Below the pieces are notes generated by a model. The model searched no databases. It had not been told where the DNA came from and saw only the letters and a list, made by a program, of their open reading frames with translations. Source: Minisyncoccota bacterium (GTDB lineage Bacteria > Patescibacteriota > Minisyncoccia > Phycocordibacterales > Phycocordibacteraceae). From it: DNA of 64,000 bases. A program made the translations under genes and the position numbers. This document shows positions 1-8,960 of this stretch, in pieces. How positions within the stretch are numbered: the first letter of the stretch is position 1; the number at the start of each line of letters is the position of its first letter. The stretch covers positions 24,265 through 88,264 of the forward strand of contig DASPLI010000001.1 of assembly GCA_035627655.1 (NCBI GenBank). The letters run 5' to 3'.

Positions 1-354
1 GGGCAGATGACTTGAGTGCCCGAAAATAAGCACGTTCCCTTCCTCTCCTGGGACGCCAGAGACTGGGTAACGAACTGCCCCCTTGAGAAGCGCGGCATCC
101 AAGGTCGCAATATCGGTGCTCTCCGGATTAGCGACACTTGCTCGAATGCCGACCGAAGGAATCTCTATGCCGACAGGAAGCTCGCCCTCCTCCACCACAA
201 CCTCCTCTCCTCCGGTCGGAGGTGTGAATGTTTGCGACTGCGGACCGATACCAAAGATGGCAAGCCCGACCAGAGTCAGGAAAAAGACCAGAGTAAAGAC
301 TCCAGCGAAGAGAAATTTGCGGGCGAGCACCTTCTCAAAAGCGGTCTGAGCCAT
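1..354 (-). CDS. Sortase family transpeptidase, N-terminal part. The gene runs off the window start, so the C-terminus is missing.
   Basis: My own translation of the minus strand from the ATG at 352-354 gives MAQTAFEKVLARKFLFAGVFTLVFFLTLVGLAIFGIGPQS...LPVGIEIPSVGIRASV...KGAVRYPVSGVPGEEGNVLIFGHSSHLP. The N-terminal TM anchor, the L-x-IP-x-(V/I)G motif, and the 'KGAV-hyp-GxPGEEGNxVIxGH' pattern match sortases. There is no stop codon in the window, so the ORF is absent from the track. Confidence 0.6.
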   Translation of the reverse strand, partial: MAQTAFEKVLARKFLFAGVFTLVFFLTLVGLAIFGIGPQSQTFTPPTGGEEVVVEEGELPVGIEIPSVGIRASVANPESTDIATLDAALLKGAVRYPVSGVPGEEGNVLIFGHSSHLP

Positions 355-389
355 ACAACAGCACTGTATCATGCCACGTCTCGAGGGTC

Positions 390-1130
390 TTGACAATACA
401 GACGCTCTATTGTACATTCTCGGCCATGGCACAAACGACCGATACCGGCACAAAGAAAGCAACCACGAATGGGCTCGCGGTGGTTGGTTTTGGTGCACTC
501 CTCATCGCGGGCATCTTTCTTGCAATCTACGCAGCCCGCTACGTTCCAGAAACGCTCTCCCGTCTGTCTTCAGCGGTGATTCTTTCTTCTGACAACGAGA
601 ACAACGACGACTCCCCTGCTGCAACCTCAACGCCGCAGCGTCCAACGACTCCGTCCACCCCCACGACTCCGACGACTCCAACTACGCCAACGCGTCCAAC
701 CACTCCAACTACCCCGACCGTATCTCCGAACCCTCCGTATGTAACGGTAACCACCCCGACCCTCTACGGACTCCCGGATCTTGCGCTTGTGAATGTTGAG
801 GCTGGCTACTTCCGCGGCTCAACGTTTGTTGAAGACAACGAAGTGCCTGACGGTCGCGACGCTGCGGTAAAGTTCACGGTCCGCAACACCGGCACGAACG
901 CTGCATCTGGCTGGTCAGTCCGCGTCGACGTTGAAAACGACGACACCGCAATTGCATCGGGCGGCTACCTCCTACCAAACGGCTATCAGAACTTCACACT
1001 CCGTATTACGGATCCTGAGGAAGGTGACAATACGGAAATTGAAATTGATGTTGACTATCAGAGCCGCGTCACTGAATCTAACGAGCGAAACAACGACGAA
1101 ACGATTGAGCTCGATATTGAACGCGACTAA
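390..1130 (+). CDS. Membrane-anchored secreted protein with a Pro/Thr-rich linker and a C-terminal CARDB-like domain.
   Basis: One TM helix (LAVVGFGALLIAGIFLAIYAA), then a (TPTTP)n linker, then a beta-rich domain with CARDB-like signatures (GYFRG...VKFTVRNTGTNAASGW...ERNNDETIELDI). The start may instead be the internal Met at 426. Confidence 0.55.
   Translation: MTIQTLYCTFSAMAQTTDTGTKKATTNGLAVVGFGALLIAGIFLAIYAARYVPETLSRLSSAVILSSDNENNDDSPAATSTPQRPTTPSTPTTPTTPTTPTRPTTPTTPTVSPNPPYVTVTTPTLYGLPDLALVNVEAGYFRGSTFVEDNEVPDGRDAAVKFTVRNTGTNAASGWSVRVDVENDDTAIASGGYLLPNGYQNFTLRITDPEEGDNTEIEIDVDYQSRVTESNERNNDETIELDIERD
640..718 (+). repeat. Low-complexity coding repeat (ACN CCN)n that encodes the PT-linker.
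   Basis: Repeated 'ccaacgactccg / ccgacgactcca / ccaactaccccg' units code for TPTTPTTPTTPTRPTTPTTP. Confidence 0.6.
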
Positions 1131-1146
1131 TACCACTTACTGAAAA

Positions 1147-1171
1147 CACCCCGGATACCCGGGGCGTTTTC
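1147..1171 (+). terminator. Rho-independent terminator.
   Basis: Stem ccccgg-ataC-ccgggg followed by cgtttt, immediately after the stop of the 390..1130 gene. Confidence 0.5.
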
Positions 1172-1212
1172 ATTATCTGAAGACCTGTTATAGTCTCCCG
1201 CGGAGGAAACCA

Positions 1213-1365
1213 ATGGATTTTCTGACCTTCGTTTTGGAGGTAGCGCTCGGCGTTCTTATAGCACTTCTCTTGGTGGTCGGTTTTACCGCCCTCAGAATTG
1301 CGTGGGAACTCATTTTTCTTACAGATGAGGAAATTTGCACGCGCTACGATCTGCCCCCGCCGTAA
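1213..1365 (+). CDS. Small hydrophobic protein of 50 aa. It is below the size cutoff of the ORF track.
   Basis: The sequence is ATG at 1213, preceded 7 nt upstream by GGAGGA. It translates to MDFLTFVLEVALGVLIALLLVVGFTALRIAWELIFLTDEEICTRYDLPPP*, which has one TM helix. A perfect 10 bp stem hairpin follows immediately downstream. Confidence 0.3.
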   Translation: MDFLTFVLEVALGVLIALLLVVGFTALRIAWELIFLTDEEICTRYDLPPP

Positions 1366-1372
1366 TAACGAC

Positions 1373-1397
1373 GAACCGCTCCCTCTCGGAGCGGTTC
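1373..1397. terminator. Hairpin, likely a bidirectional terminator between the small ORF (+) and gyrB (-).
   Basis: gaaccgctcc-ctct-ggagcggttc forms a perfect 10 bp stem. It sits between two convergent stop codons. Confidence 0.4.
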
Positions 1398-1400
1398 TTG

Positions 1401-3521
1401 CTATACATCGATATTCGCGAGTTTTGCGTTCGATTGAATGAAGGATTTGCGGCTTGCGACATCCGTACCCATGAGAATATCGAAGATGCGGTCTGCATCC
1501 TGCGCATCTTCGATGGTGACGCGCTTCAGGACGCGACGTGCCGGATCCATGGTCGTCTCCCATAGTTCAGATGCGTTCATCTCGCCAAGACCCTTGTAGC
1601 GTTGCTGATTGATACGAGCCGGTTTCTTCTTTGCCTTCGTGTCTTCAACTACTTCCTGCTCCTCGCCCTCAACAGGCTCTGGTTCTGATTCTTCTGCCGC
1701 AACTTCTACTTCGGTCGGATCGGCACCAAGACTCTTCAAGATTCGTGCCTTATCGTCATCGGTATACGCGTAGTAGATCTCTTTCCCGCGCGTCAGCTTA
1801 AAGAGCGGCGGCTGGGCGATGAATACGTGCCCGCTATCAATAAGGGGACGGAAGTGGCGATACAAAAGCGTGAGAAGAAGTGTACGAATGTGTGCACCGT
1901 CCACGTCGGCATCGGTTGCGATGATGATCTTGTGATAGCGAAGCTTCGCGATATCAAACACGTCTCCGATTGCCGTGCCAAGCGCAACCACGAGGTTCTT
2001 GATCTGCTCAGACGCGAGCATCTTATCGAGGCGAGCTCGTTCAATATTCAAAATCTTTCCGCGAAGCGGGAGGATTGCCTGGGTTCTGCGATCCCGACCC
2101 GTTTTTGCTGTACCACCTGCGGAATCTCCCTCTACGATAAAGAGTTCTGATTCAGCCGCATCCTTGGTCTGGCAGTCTGCGAGCTTGCCAGGGAGCGTCA
2201 TGCCCTCGAGCGCACCCTTACGAAGCACCGACTCCTTTGCAGCCTTTGCCGCCTTGCGCGCCTTCAGCGCAAGGAGCACCTTGTTGACGATGGCGCGTGC
2301 ATCATCCGGACTCTCTTCAAGGAAGGTCGCAAACGCGTCTCCAAACACTGCCTCTACCGCGCCGCGCGCTTCAACAGATCCGAGCTTTGCCTTGGTCTGC
2401 CCTTCGAACTGAATTTCGGGCATCTTGATCGAAACCACGCCTGTAATGCCTTCAAGCGCATCATCTCCCGTGAAGTTCTCTTCGCTTTCCTTAAGGATGC
2501 CCGCCTTGCGACCATAGGAGTTGAGCGTGCGCGTCAGCGCCGTCTTAAAGCCGGTCACGTGCGTACCGTGCTCAGGATTGTAGATGTTGTTTGCAAACGC
2601 CAAGAGGCGCGGCGAAATGTCATCGACGTACTGAAGCGCGACCTCGACCGTAACACCATCCTTCTCCGAATCGACGTAGAACACGTTCTTATGAACCGGT
2701 GACTGATGCTGGTTGTAGAAAGAAACCAAGGAGCGAAGGCCGCCTTCAAAGTAGAAGGACATGGATGGTACCTCGAGCTGGAGTTCGCGAAGATAGAGTA
2801 CGTCTTCGCCTTCCGATGCCTGCGCATTCTCGCGCGCATCGATTACGGAAATGCGCGTACCCTTAACGAGGTATGCCTGCTGGCGCATATGGCCCACCAA
2901 CTTGTCCCAGTTCTGCTCGATACCGGCGGTGAAAATCGTCTCGTCAGGGCGGAAGTAGGTAATAGTGCCGTGAAGATTGGTCTTACCAATCTGTTTGACC
3001 TTGCCCTGTGGCTTTCCGATCTTGTACTCCTGCATGTGAATGCCGCCGTCCTTATGGACGATAACCTTTGCATTTGTCGAAAGCGCATTCACGACTGATG
3101 CGCCCACGCCGTGAAGACCGCCGGAGACTTTGTACCCTGACTCTTCGCCGCCGAACTTACCGCCGGCATGCAGCTGCGTCATAACCATCTCGAGTGCGGA
3201 AATCTTTGTCTTCGGATGAATGTTTACCGGAATACCACGACCGTTGTCCGCAACACGCACATACCCTCCTGGAAGCAGCGCGATCTCGATGTCATCTGCA
3301 AAACCACCCATCGCTTCATCACGTGAGTTGTCGAAGATTTCCGTAACCAGGTGATAGAGACCCTCAGGACCCGTGGTCCCGATGTACATGCCTGGTCGCT
3401 TGCGGACCGGATCAAGACCCTCAAGAACTTGAATGGAAGAAGCGTCGTACGCCTTGCCTTTTGAAGCAGTGGCAGCGCCAGAAGCGCCGCTTTTAGCCTT
3501 TGTTTCCTTCGCTTTTGGCAT
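1401..3521 (-). CDS. gyrB: DNA gyrase subunit B.
   Basis: The 706 aa product carries YDASSIQVLEGLDPVRKRPGMYIG, GLHGVGASVVNALS, the EGDSAGG TOPRIM motif and a C-terminal QRYKGLGEM. It has a Lys-rich N-terminal extension of ~20 aa. Confidence 0.95.
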   Translation of the reverse strand: MPKAKETKAKSGASGAATASKGKAYDASSIQVLEGLDPVRKRPGMYIGTTGPEGLYHLVTEIFDNSRDEAMGGFADDIEIALLPGGYVRVADNGRGIPVNIHPKTKISALEMVMTQLHAGGKFGGEESGYKVSGGLHGVGASVVNALSTNAKVIVHKDGGIHMQEYKIGKPQGKVKQIGKTNLHGTITYFRPDETIFTAGIEQNWDKLVGHMRQQAYLVKGTRISVIDARENAQASEGEDVLYLRELQLEVPSMSFYFEGGLRSLVSFYNQHQSPVHKNVFYVDSEKDGVTVEVALQYVDDISPRLLAFANNIYNPEHGTHVTGFKTALTRTLNSYGRKAGILKESEENFTGDDALEGITGVVSIKMPEIQFEGQTKAKLGSVEARGAVEAVFGDAFATFLEESPDDARAIVNKVLLALKARKAAKAAKESVLRKGALEGMTLPGKLADCQTKDAAESELFIVEGDSAGGTAKTGRDRRTQAILPLRGKILNIERARLDKMLASEQIKNLVVALGTAIGDVFDIAKLRYHKIIIATDADVDGAHIRTLLLTLLYRHFRPLIDSGHVFIAQPPLFKLTRGKEIYYAYTDDDKARILKSLGADPTEVEVAAEESEPEPVEGEEQEVVEDTKAKKKPARINQQRYKGLGEMNASELWETTMDPARRVLKRVTIEDAQDADRIFDILMGTDVASRKSFIQSNAKLANIDV

Positions 3522-3576
3522 GATTTTGTTACCAGAAGTATAGCACGAATTACGTATGGAAGCTTGAGTGCAAACA

Positions 3577-3605
3577 TTGACAATATAAATACTAGATGGT
3601 ATAAT
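3577..3605 (+). promoter_or_regulatory. Near-consensus sigma70 promoter.
   Basis: TTGACA (3577-3582), a 17 nt spacer, then TATAAT (3600-3605), located ~50 nt upstream of the lipoprotein start at 3656. Confidence 0.5.
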
Positions 3606-3655
3606 ACGATACAGGTGTGACGGGTGCTTTTGCCCGTCGATGTATGGAGAAATTC

Positions 3656-3934
3656 ATGCGTATTGTTCTTGTTGCAGCTGCACTCCTCGCTCTTGCGTCC
3701 TGCGCGCCGCCCGCCAACAGCCAAAATTCTGTGGGCAATGGCAGCAACTGTCCGATCGTTGACTACGGAAACGGCGTGTACTACTTCGACTGCATTGAAG
3801 GCTCGTTCGCAGACGCGTTGAGCCGCTTCAAAGCAGCGGAGCCGAATTACGAAGTCACGGCAATGACAGCGGACGGCAACGGCGGCTACGGCAGAGACAC
3901 GGGCTACTTCGTTTCTGTCGAACCACGCAGCTAA
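3656..3934 (+). CDS. Small lipoprotein of 92 aa.
   Basis: MRIVLVAAALLALASC is a signal peptide ending in a lipobox (LASC), with GGAGA 5 nt upstream of the ATG. The ORF-track start at 3617 (GTG) is probably too far upstream. Confidence 0.5.
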   Translation: MRIVLVAAALLALASCAPPANSQNSVGNGSNCPIVDYGNGVYYFDCIEGSFADALSRFKAAEPNYEVTAMTADGNGGYGRDTGYFVSVEPRS

Positions 3935-3946
3935 ACAGCAACACCC

Positions 3947-3986
3947 GATCGCCGGCGCTTCAACGCGCTGGCGATCATTGTTTTTA
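3947..3986 (+). terminator. Rho-independent terminator.
   Basis: gatcgccggcgc-ttcaac-gcgctggcgatc stem followed by attgttttta, sitting between the lipoprotein gene and the convergent pheT. Confidence 0.5.
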
Positions 3987-3988
3987 TA

Positions 3989-5878
3989 CTAACGAACTTG
4001 CCACCCTTCCCTCCCGTTGAGCGCGGTCGTAATGCGCTCCATAGTGGGATTGAGATCTGTATCGGAAAGAGTTCGTTCTGAGCTCTCAAACACGAGTCGG
4101 AAGGCATGGGATACCCGACCGTCTTTCTCGAATCGATCGAAGAGGTCTATGCGTGCAAGCAGATCTCCCGCCTGCGAGATAATCGCATTTGCCACCTCTG
4201 TCTCTTCCGTTCCCACGGGAGACCACACTGCAATATCACGAAGTGCCGAAGGATATAGCGAGAACTGTCGGAATTTCTGCAGCATCACTCGCTCCGGCTC
4301 ATAGCCTTCTGCAAGTTTAGATAGATCAAGATTATCTAGGCGAATCTCAACAACGCCCTCCTCTCCTGCGACAACTGGCGCTCCAAGAAGATCCGTCAGC
4401 GCATCGGCAATTTCTACAAGAAACGCACGCTTCTTCCCGCTCAGTTGATGGTATCCAAGACACACACGAACTTCCTCTCCTTCTTTCGTAAACACGTTAC
4501 CGATTTCAAAGAGTCGAACGCTCTCGTCCGGACCCAGAACGCGTGGCGCTACTTGAGTAGCACGCAGTACGGCATCCTGCATATTCTTTGAGAGACTCGC
4601 ACGCAGCCAGGGGCGATCCTCCTGCAGTGGGTTGGCAAGCGCGATATCGCCTTCGGTCGAAAACGCTGGCGTTGATATCTCGGTAAACCCGCGCTCGATA
4701 AGCACATCCTTAATGCGCTCAATAGCTCGATACCGAAGCTGGTCTGGCAGGACCGGAAGTGCAGGAAGCGCGTGCGAAGCAATTCGCTGGTACCCCAAAA
4801 TGCGTCCAGCTTCTTCGATCAGATCTTCAGGGATCTGGAGATCTCGCCGCTCAAAAGGTGGCGTCACGGTAAAGATTCGATTCTCTTCTCGAAATGGCAG
4901 GTCGAGCCTATCGAATGCCTGCGCAACTTCGTGCGCACCAAATTCGCTCCCGAGCACTTTATTGATCTTTTCGAGAGATACCGAGATAGGTGCGAGATGT
5001 TCTTGCGGCAGACCGGCACGCACGTCCGTTACGCCTTCAAGCGTTCCGCCAGCAAGTTCTTGTATAAGAGTAAGCACGTCACGCATGCCATAGGCAGCGA
5101 GTTCTGGAGAAATGCGGTTCTGGAAGCGTGCGGAGGCGTCGGTAAATAGCTTGAGTGTTTGCGCTGAGCGGCGAACGGACGGACCGTTGAAGTTTGCCGA
5201 CTCTATAACGATGTCAGTTGTTGCCTCCGTAATCTCAGCCGCCTTCCCGCCCTTCACGCCCGCAATCCCGACTGCAGTATCCTTGGCCGCATCAACAATC
5301 AGAAGCGTTCCCTCAGGCAGGACGTACTCATCTCCTGAAAGCGTCGTTATCTTCTCGCCCTCAAATGCGCCTCGAACGGCAATCGCGTACTTGCCGTCTT
5401 TCGAGCCAAGCCGAGCCGCATCAAACGCATGGAGCGGCTGTCCTATATTGAGCATGACGTAGTTCGTGGCGTCGACCACGTTATTGATTGAGCGTTGTCC
5501 TACCGCTTCAAGCGCCTCTTTCAACCAGGCGGGTGACGGACCGACAGAAACCCCGCGCACAATTGCGCCCATGTATCGAAAACACTCATGCCCGTCTTCA
5601 ATAGACACGCTTAGTGCCGATGCTGTCGGAAATTCGGGTAGTGGCATGCGCAGCGGATCTTCTTTCACCGGTTGGCCAACCAACGCAGCGACTTCTTTTG
5701 CAATGCCACGATGCGAGAGTGCATATGCCGCACGATCCGGCAGTATTTTTACATCCAAGAGATCTCCGTGCGCCTCTTCTATCTCAAACGCGTGAAAGGT
5801 AAGAAGTTCAGCAAGTTCCTCGACCGATGGGAGGTCGGCAGCGAAATACTTTTGCAGCCAGGTGCGAGAGACTTTCAT
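3989..5878 (-). CDS. pheT: Phenylalanine--tRNA ligase beta subunit. At 629 aa it is a compact form.
   Basis: The N-terminus MKVSRTWLQKYF...AELLTFHAFEIEE and the B3/4 and B5 domain signatures match PheT. It overlaps the stop of pheS by 4 nt. Confidence 0.9.
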   Translation of the reverse strand: MKVSRTWLQKYFAADLPSVEELAELLTFHAFEIEEAHGDLLDVKILPDRAAYALSHRGIAKEVAALVGQPVKEDPLRMPLPEFPTASALSVSIEDGHECFRYMGAIVRGVSVGPSPAWLKEALEAVGQRSINNVVDATNYVMLNIGQPLHAFDAARLGSKDGKYAIAVRGAFEGEKITTLSGDEYVLPEGTLLIVDAAKDTAVGIAGVKGGKAAEITEATTDIVIESANFNGPSVRRSAQTLKLFTDASARFQNRISPELAAYGMRDVLTLIQELAGGTLEGVTDVRAGLPQEHLAPISVSLEKINKVLGSEFGAHEVAQAFDRLDLPFREENRIFTVTPPFERRDLQIPEDLIEEAGRILGYQRIASHALPALPVLPDQLRYRAIERIKDVLIERGFTEISTPAFSTEGDIALANPLQEDRPWLRASLSKNMQDAVLRATQVAPRVLGPDESVRLFEIGNVFTKEGEEVRVCLGYHQLSGKKRAFLVEIADALTDLLGAPVVAGEEGVVEIRLDNLDLSKLAEGYEPERVMLQKFRQFSLYPSALRDIAVWSPVGTEETEVANAIISQAGDLLARIDLFDRFEKDGRVSHAFRLVFESSERTLSDTDLNPTMERITTALNGREGWQVR

Positions 5879-6654
5879 AGATTTGTTTCGTCAAAGGCGT
5901 ACACGAAGCGAATATCGCCGTTATGGAAGTACCGCACATCTGGGACGCCATACTTCACCATCAGCAACCGCTCGATGCCGGTTCCAAACGCAAACCCCTG
6001 ATACTTCTCCGGATCCACACCAGCGTTCTTGAGCACGCTTGGATGCACCATCCCGGCCCCCATAACCTCAAGCCACTTTCCTTCTTTGCCCGGAGCTTCA
6101 AACCACACATCCACTTCGACTCCTGGCTCGACAAACGGGAAGTAGCTCGGACGGAAACGCACTTTTGCGCCTTCACCGAAGTATTCGAGACAGAATCGCT
6201 CAACCGTTCCCTTGAGGTCTGCAAGCGAGACACGGTCGCCAATTGCCAAACCTTCGCACTGATAGAACTGCGCCTCGTGCGTGGCGTCCGTTGCTTCGTT
6301 ACGAAACACTTTGCCCGGCACAATAATCCGATACGGTGGTGGCACACCCTCTTTCATCTTCGCTTCCATGTAGCGAATCTGCACGGGTGACGTCTGTGTC
6401 CGCGGAACGCGAGGAGTAGCTTCCTTAGTCCAGAAGGTATCCTGCATGTCTCTGGCCGGATGATCAGACGGCATGTTGAGCGCGTCGAAGTTGTAGTGCT
6501 CTTCCTCGAGTTCTGGACCGAAGGCAAAGGAAAAACCCATCTTTCCGAAAATATCCGCAATTTCGCGGATGGCGATCGTTACGGGATGGAGTCGGCCCTG
6601 TTCCATATCCACGCAGTATACTAAACGGCCCCCGAATAGGAAAAAGAGGGTCAA
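5875..6654 (-). CDS. pheS: Phenylalanine--tRNA ligase alpha subunit. Only the catalytic core is present; the long N-terminal coiled-coil is absent.
   Basis: GRLHPVTIAIREIADIFGKMGF...FDALNMPSDHPARDMQDTFW and the class II aaRS motifs match PheS. The true start is probably the internal Met (MEQGRLHP) at 6606. Confidence 0.85.
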   Translation of the reverse strand: MTLFFLFGGRLVYCVDMEQGRLHPVTIAIREIADIFGKMGFSFAFGPELEEEHYNFDALNMPSDHPARDMQDTFWTKEATPRVPRTQTSPVQIRYMEAKMKEGVPPPYRIIVPGKVFRNEATDATHEAQFYQCEGLAIGDRVSLADLKGTVERFCLEYFGEGAKVRFRPSYFPFVEPGVEVDVWFEAPGKEGKWLEVMGAGMVHPSVLKNAGVDPEKYQGFAFGTGIERLLMVKYGVPDVRYFHNGDIRFVYAFDETNL

Positions 6655-6684
6655 TTTGCTATACTAAGGGGCACGTTTGGGCAT

Positions 6685-7935
6685 ATGATGGACCTCACGC
6701 TTCTCGCGTATCCTTTCTTGTTTGCGGCCATCTATTTTGAGGCCTTTTTGCTCGTAACCTTCCTTTCAAAGCCTGCCCGCGACATGCGCGAGCGGGCTGC
6801 TTCTACAAAGACGCCGACAGTCGCCATGATCGTCCCCTGCTACAACGAGGGTGAGACAGTCCGCGGCACCACCGACTCCCTCTTGGCGCTCGATTACCCA
6901 AAGGACCGCCTCCAGATCATTCTCGTCAATGACGGCTCGACCGACTCCACAAAGGAGGTGATGGATAGCTATAAAAACCATCCGCAGGTCACCGTTATTC
7001 ATAAAGAAAACGGCGGCAAACACACTGCGCTCAACGCTGGCATCGCTGCAACCGATGCAGAGATCTTCGGCTGCTTGGACGCCGACTCATTTGTTGAGAA
7101 AAACGCCCTTCGCGAAATGATCAGCTGCTTTGACGCGCCGGAAGTTGCAGCAGCAACCGCTGCCATGTCGGTGCACAAGCCGACAAACGTTCTTGAGCGC
7201 ATGCAGAACGCCGAATACATCATGGGTATCGCTCTTCGGCACATTCTTGCTTCGGTAAACGGCATTTACGTTACCCCAGGCCCGTTCTCGCTCTATCGCC
7301 GTTCCGTTATTGAAAAAGTCGGAGGCTTCCGTCGCGGACATAACACCGAAGACATGGAAATGGCGCTCCGCATTCAAAAGGCTGGCTACACGATTGAGAG
7401 CGCTCCGCGCGCGCTTGTCTTTACAAAGACGCCGAAAACCGTTCCTGCGCTCGTGAAGCAGCGCGTACGCTGGACGACTGGCTTCCTGCGGAACATGCTC
7501 TACGACTACCGCGAACTCATCGGGAATCCTCGCTATGGAGCGCTTGGCACCATCGTGCTCCCGCTTGGCTTTTTTGCCATTGTCGGCGGCCTCCTTATGT
7601 TTGGCATCGTGATTTATCAGCTCGGCTATAACCTCGTACAGGCACTGATCGTCACGTCGGGCGTCCCGCTTTCCTATACGCTTGCCAACCTCATTCCAAA
7701 CTTTTCACACTTTGAATGGTTCTATATTCCGCTCACCTTCTTTGCTCTTCTTTCAACCGTCGCACTGCTTGGCTCTATCGCATTTATCCTTGTCGGACGA
7801 ACGATTTCAAAAACACCAGGCTCACTGGGTATTGCTATTCTAGGCTGGATGCTTTTGTATGGACTAGTGGCTCCCCTCTGGCTCCTGGGTTCGGTTGCGG
7901 ACGTCGCTGCTGGCACGAAACGCTCCTGGCGCTAA
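6685..7935 (+). CDS. Family 2 glycosyltransferase, processive/membrane-embedded type (NodC/HasA/PgaC-like).
   Basis: VPCYNEGE, NDGSTD and LDADS motifs; the Q-R-V-RW (QxxRW) motif of processive GT2 enzymes; flanking TM helices. Confidence 0.8.
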   Translation: MMDLTLLAYPFLFAAIYFEAFLLVTFLSKPARDMRERAASTKTPTVAMIVPCYNEGETVRGTTDSLLALDYPKDRLQIILVNDGSTDSTKEVMDSYKNHPQVTVIHKENGGKHTALNAGIAATDAEIFGCLDADSFVEKNALREMISCFDAPEVAAATAAMSVHKPTNVLERMQNAEYIMGIALRHILASVNGIYVTPGPFSLYRRSVIEKVGGFRRGHNTEDMEMALRIQKAGYTIESAPRALVFTKTPKTVPALVKQRVRWTTGFLRNMLYDYRELIGNPRYGALGTIVLPLGFFAIVGGLLMFGIVIYQLGYNLVQALIVTSGVPLSYTLANLIPNFSHFEWFYIPLTFFALLSTVALLGSIAFILVGRTISKTPGSLGIAILGWMLLYGLVAPLWLLGSVADVAAGTKRSWR

Positions 7936-7948
7936 CAACTAACTTCCT

Positions 7949-8620
7949 ATGTCTCTGACAACTCGAAACGCTCTTATCGCGCTTGCGATTACGATCGCCA
8001 TCATCGGCACGGTCGTATTTGCCGTAAACTTCCTCAATGCACAACGCATTGCTGAGCTTCGCGCTATTGAAGACCAGCTTGCGACCGACACGCTTTCTAT
8101 CGAAACGCAGTTCGCCCTCCTTGCTGAGGCGCCCTGTGAAGACATTTCCGAAGGCACCGGACTTACCCAAGAAGTGGGCGGCATTGGGGACCGGCTTGCA
8201 TACACAGAAGAGCGTCTTGGCGCGACTGATCCTGAGGTAGTACGCCTCAAGGAGCGCTACACGCTTCTGCAGATCCGCGACTACCTCCTTACCAAACGCC
8301 TCGAGCGCGCCTGCGGCATTGAGCCAGTTGTTGCGCTCTACTTCTATTCGAACGTTCCGGGTGAGTGTCAGGACTGCGACCGCGCCGGATACGCACTCTC
8401 CTATCTCCGTCAGACCTATCCCTCACTCCGCGTCTACTCCTTCGATTACCATCTTGATCTTGCCGCCCTCAAGACCTTGATCGCTGTTGAAAAGGTAGAT
8501 GCGCAGTTCCCAGCGTTTGTCATCGAAGACAAGCAGTACTACGGCTTTACCACGCTTGAAGAGCTTGAAGAGCAGTTCCCTGAAGAACTGTTTGAGAGTG
8601 CCACCTCAACTACGCAATAG
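7949..8620 (+). CDS. Hypothetical membrane-anchored protein with a CxxC motif.
   Basis: N-terminal TM helix (ALIALAITIAIIGTVVFAV). A C-Q-D-C motif lies in FYSNVPGECQDCDRAG, which could be a thioredoxin-like redox motif. No recognised family. Confidence 0.45.
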   Translation: MSLTTRNALIALAITIAIIGTVVFAVNFLNAQRIAELRAIEDQLATDTLSIETQFALLAEAPCEDISEGTGLTQEVGGIGDRLAYTEERLGATDPEVVRLKERYTLLQIRDYLLTKRLERACGIEPVVALYFYSNVPGECQDCDRAGYALSYLRQTYPSLRVYSFDYHLDLAALKTLIAVEKVDAQFPAFVIEDKQYYGFTTLEELEEQFPEELFESATSTTQ

Positions 8621-8625
8621 AACAA

Positions 8626-8651
8626 AAGCCCGGTACACACCGGGCTTTTTC
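8626..8651. terminator. Bidirectional rho-independent terminator.
   Basis: aagcccgg-tacaca-ccgggctt stem with an A-run on its 5' side and a T-run on its 3' side, sitting between the 7949..8620 gene (+) and the minus-strand ORF at 8652..8846. Confidence 0.5.
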
Positions 8652-8846
8652 TCAGGGCTTTAGCTCTTCTGGCTTTGGGAACCCCGCCGCTTGAGCAATG
8701 TCGGGTTTCCGTTTCCAGAAGTCTTCAAGAAACTCCTGAGGGGTCTGGTCAGCGAACGTCTTTTCGACTGCGTCGCGAACCACTCTTGGATCAACGACGC
8801 CCTCAGGAATGATAGGCTCAACATCTTTCGTCACAACGACCTCCAT
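8652..8846 (-). CDS. Hypothetical small acidic protein of 64 aa.
   Basis: The support is weak: an ORF lying between the terminator and the tRNA, with no recognisable motif. Confidence 0.2.
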   Translation of the reverse strand: MEVVVTKDVEPIIPEGVVDPRVVRDAVEKTFADQTPQEFLEDFWKRKPDIAQAAGFPKPEELKP

Positions 8847-8880
8847 ACCTATACCTGGCCTAAGTATATCTGCTTTCGAG

Positions 8881-8954
8881 AGCCGGGAGCGAGATTCGAA
8901 CTCGCGACCTGCTGTTTACAAAACAGCTGCTCTAACCAACTGAGCTATCCCGGC
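8881..8954 (-). tRNA. tRNA-Thr, anticodon UGU.
   Basis: The reverse complement reads GCCGGGATAGCTCAGTTGGTTAGAGCAGCTGTTTTGTAAACAGCAGGTCGCGAGTTCGAATCTCGCTCCCGGCT. This gives a 7 bp acceptor stem, D-arm, anticodon stem GCTGT/ACAGC with loop TTTGTAA (anticodon TGT), and a GTTCGAATC T-loop. Confidence 0.8.
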
Positions 8955-8960
8955 GTTTCT

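Noticed and set aside
16-393. Plus-strand ORFs 16..393 and 83..349 at the window start.
   Set aside because: They are antisense shadows of the minus-strand sortase gene. Their translations have no protein-like features.
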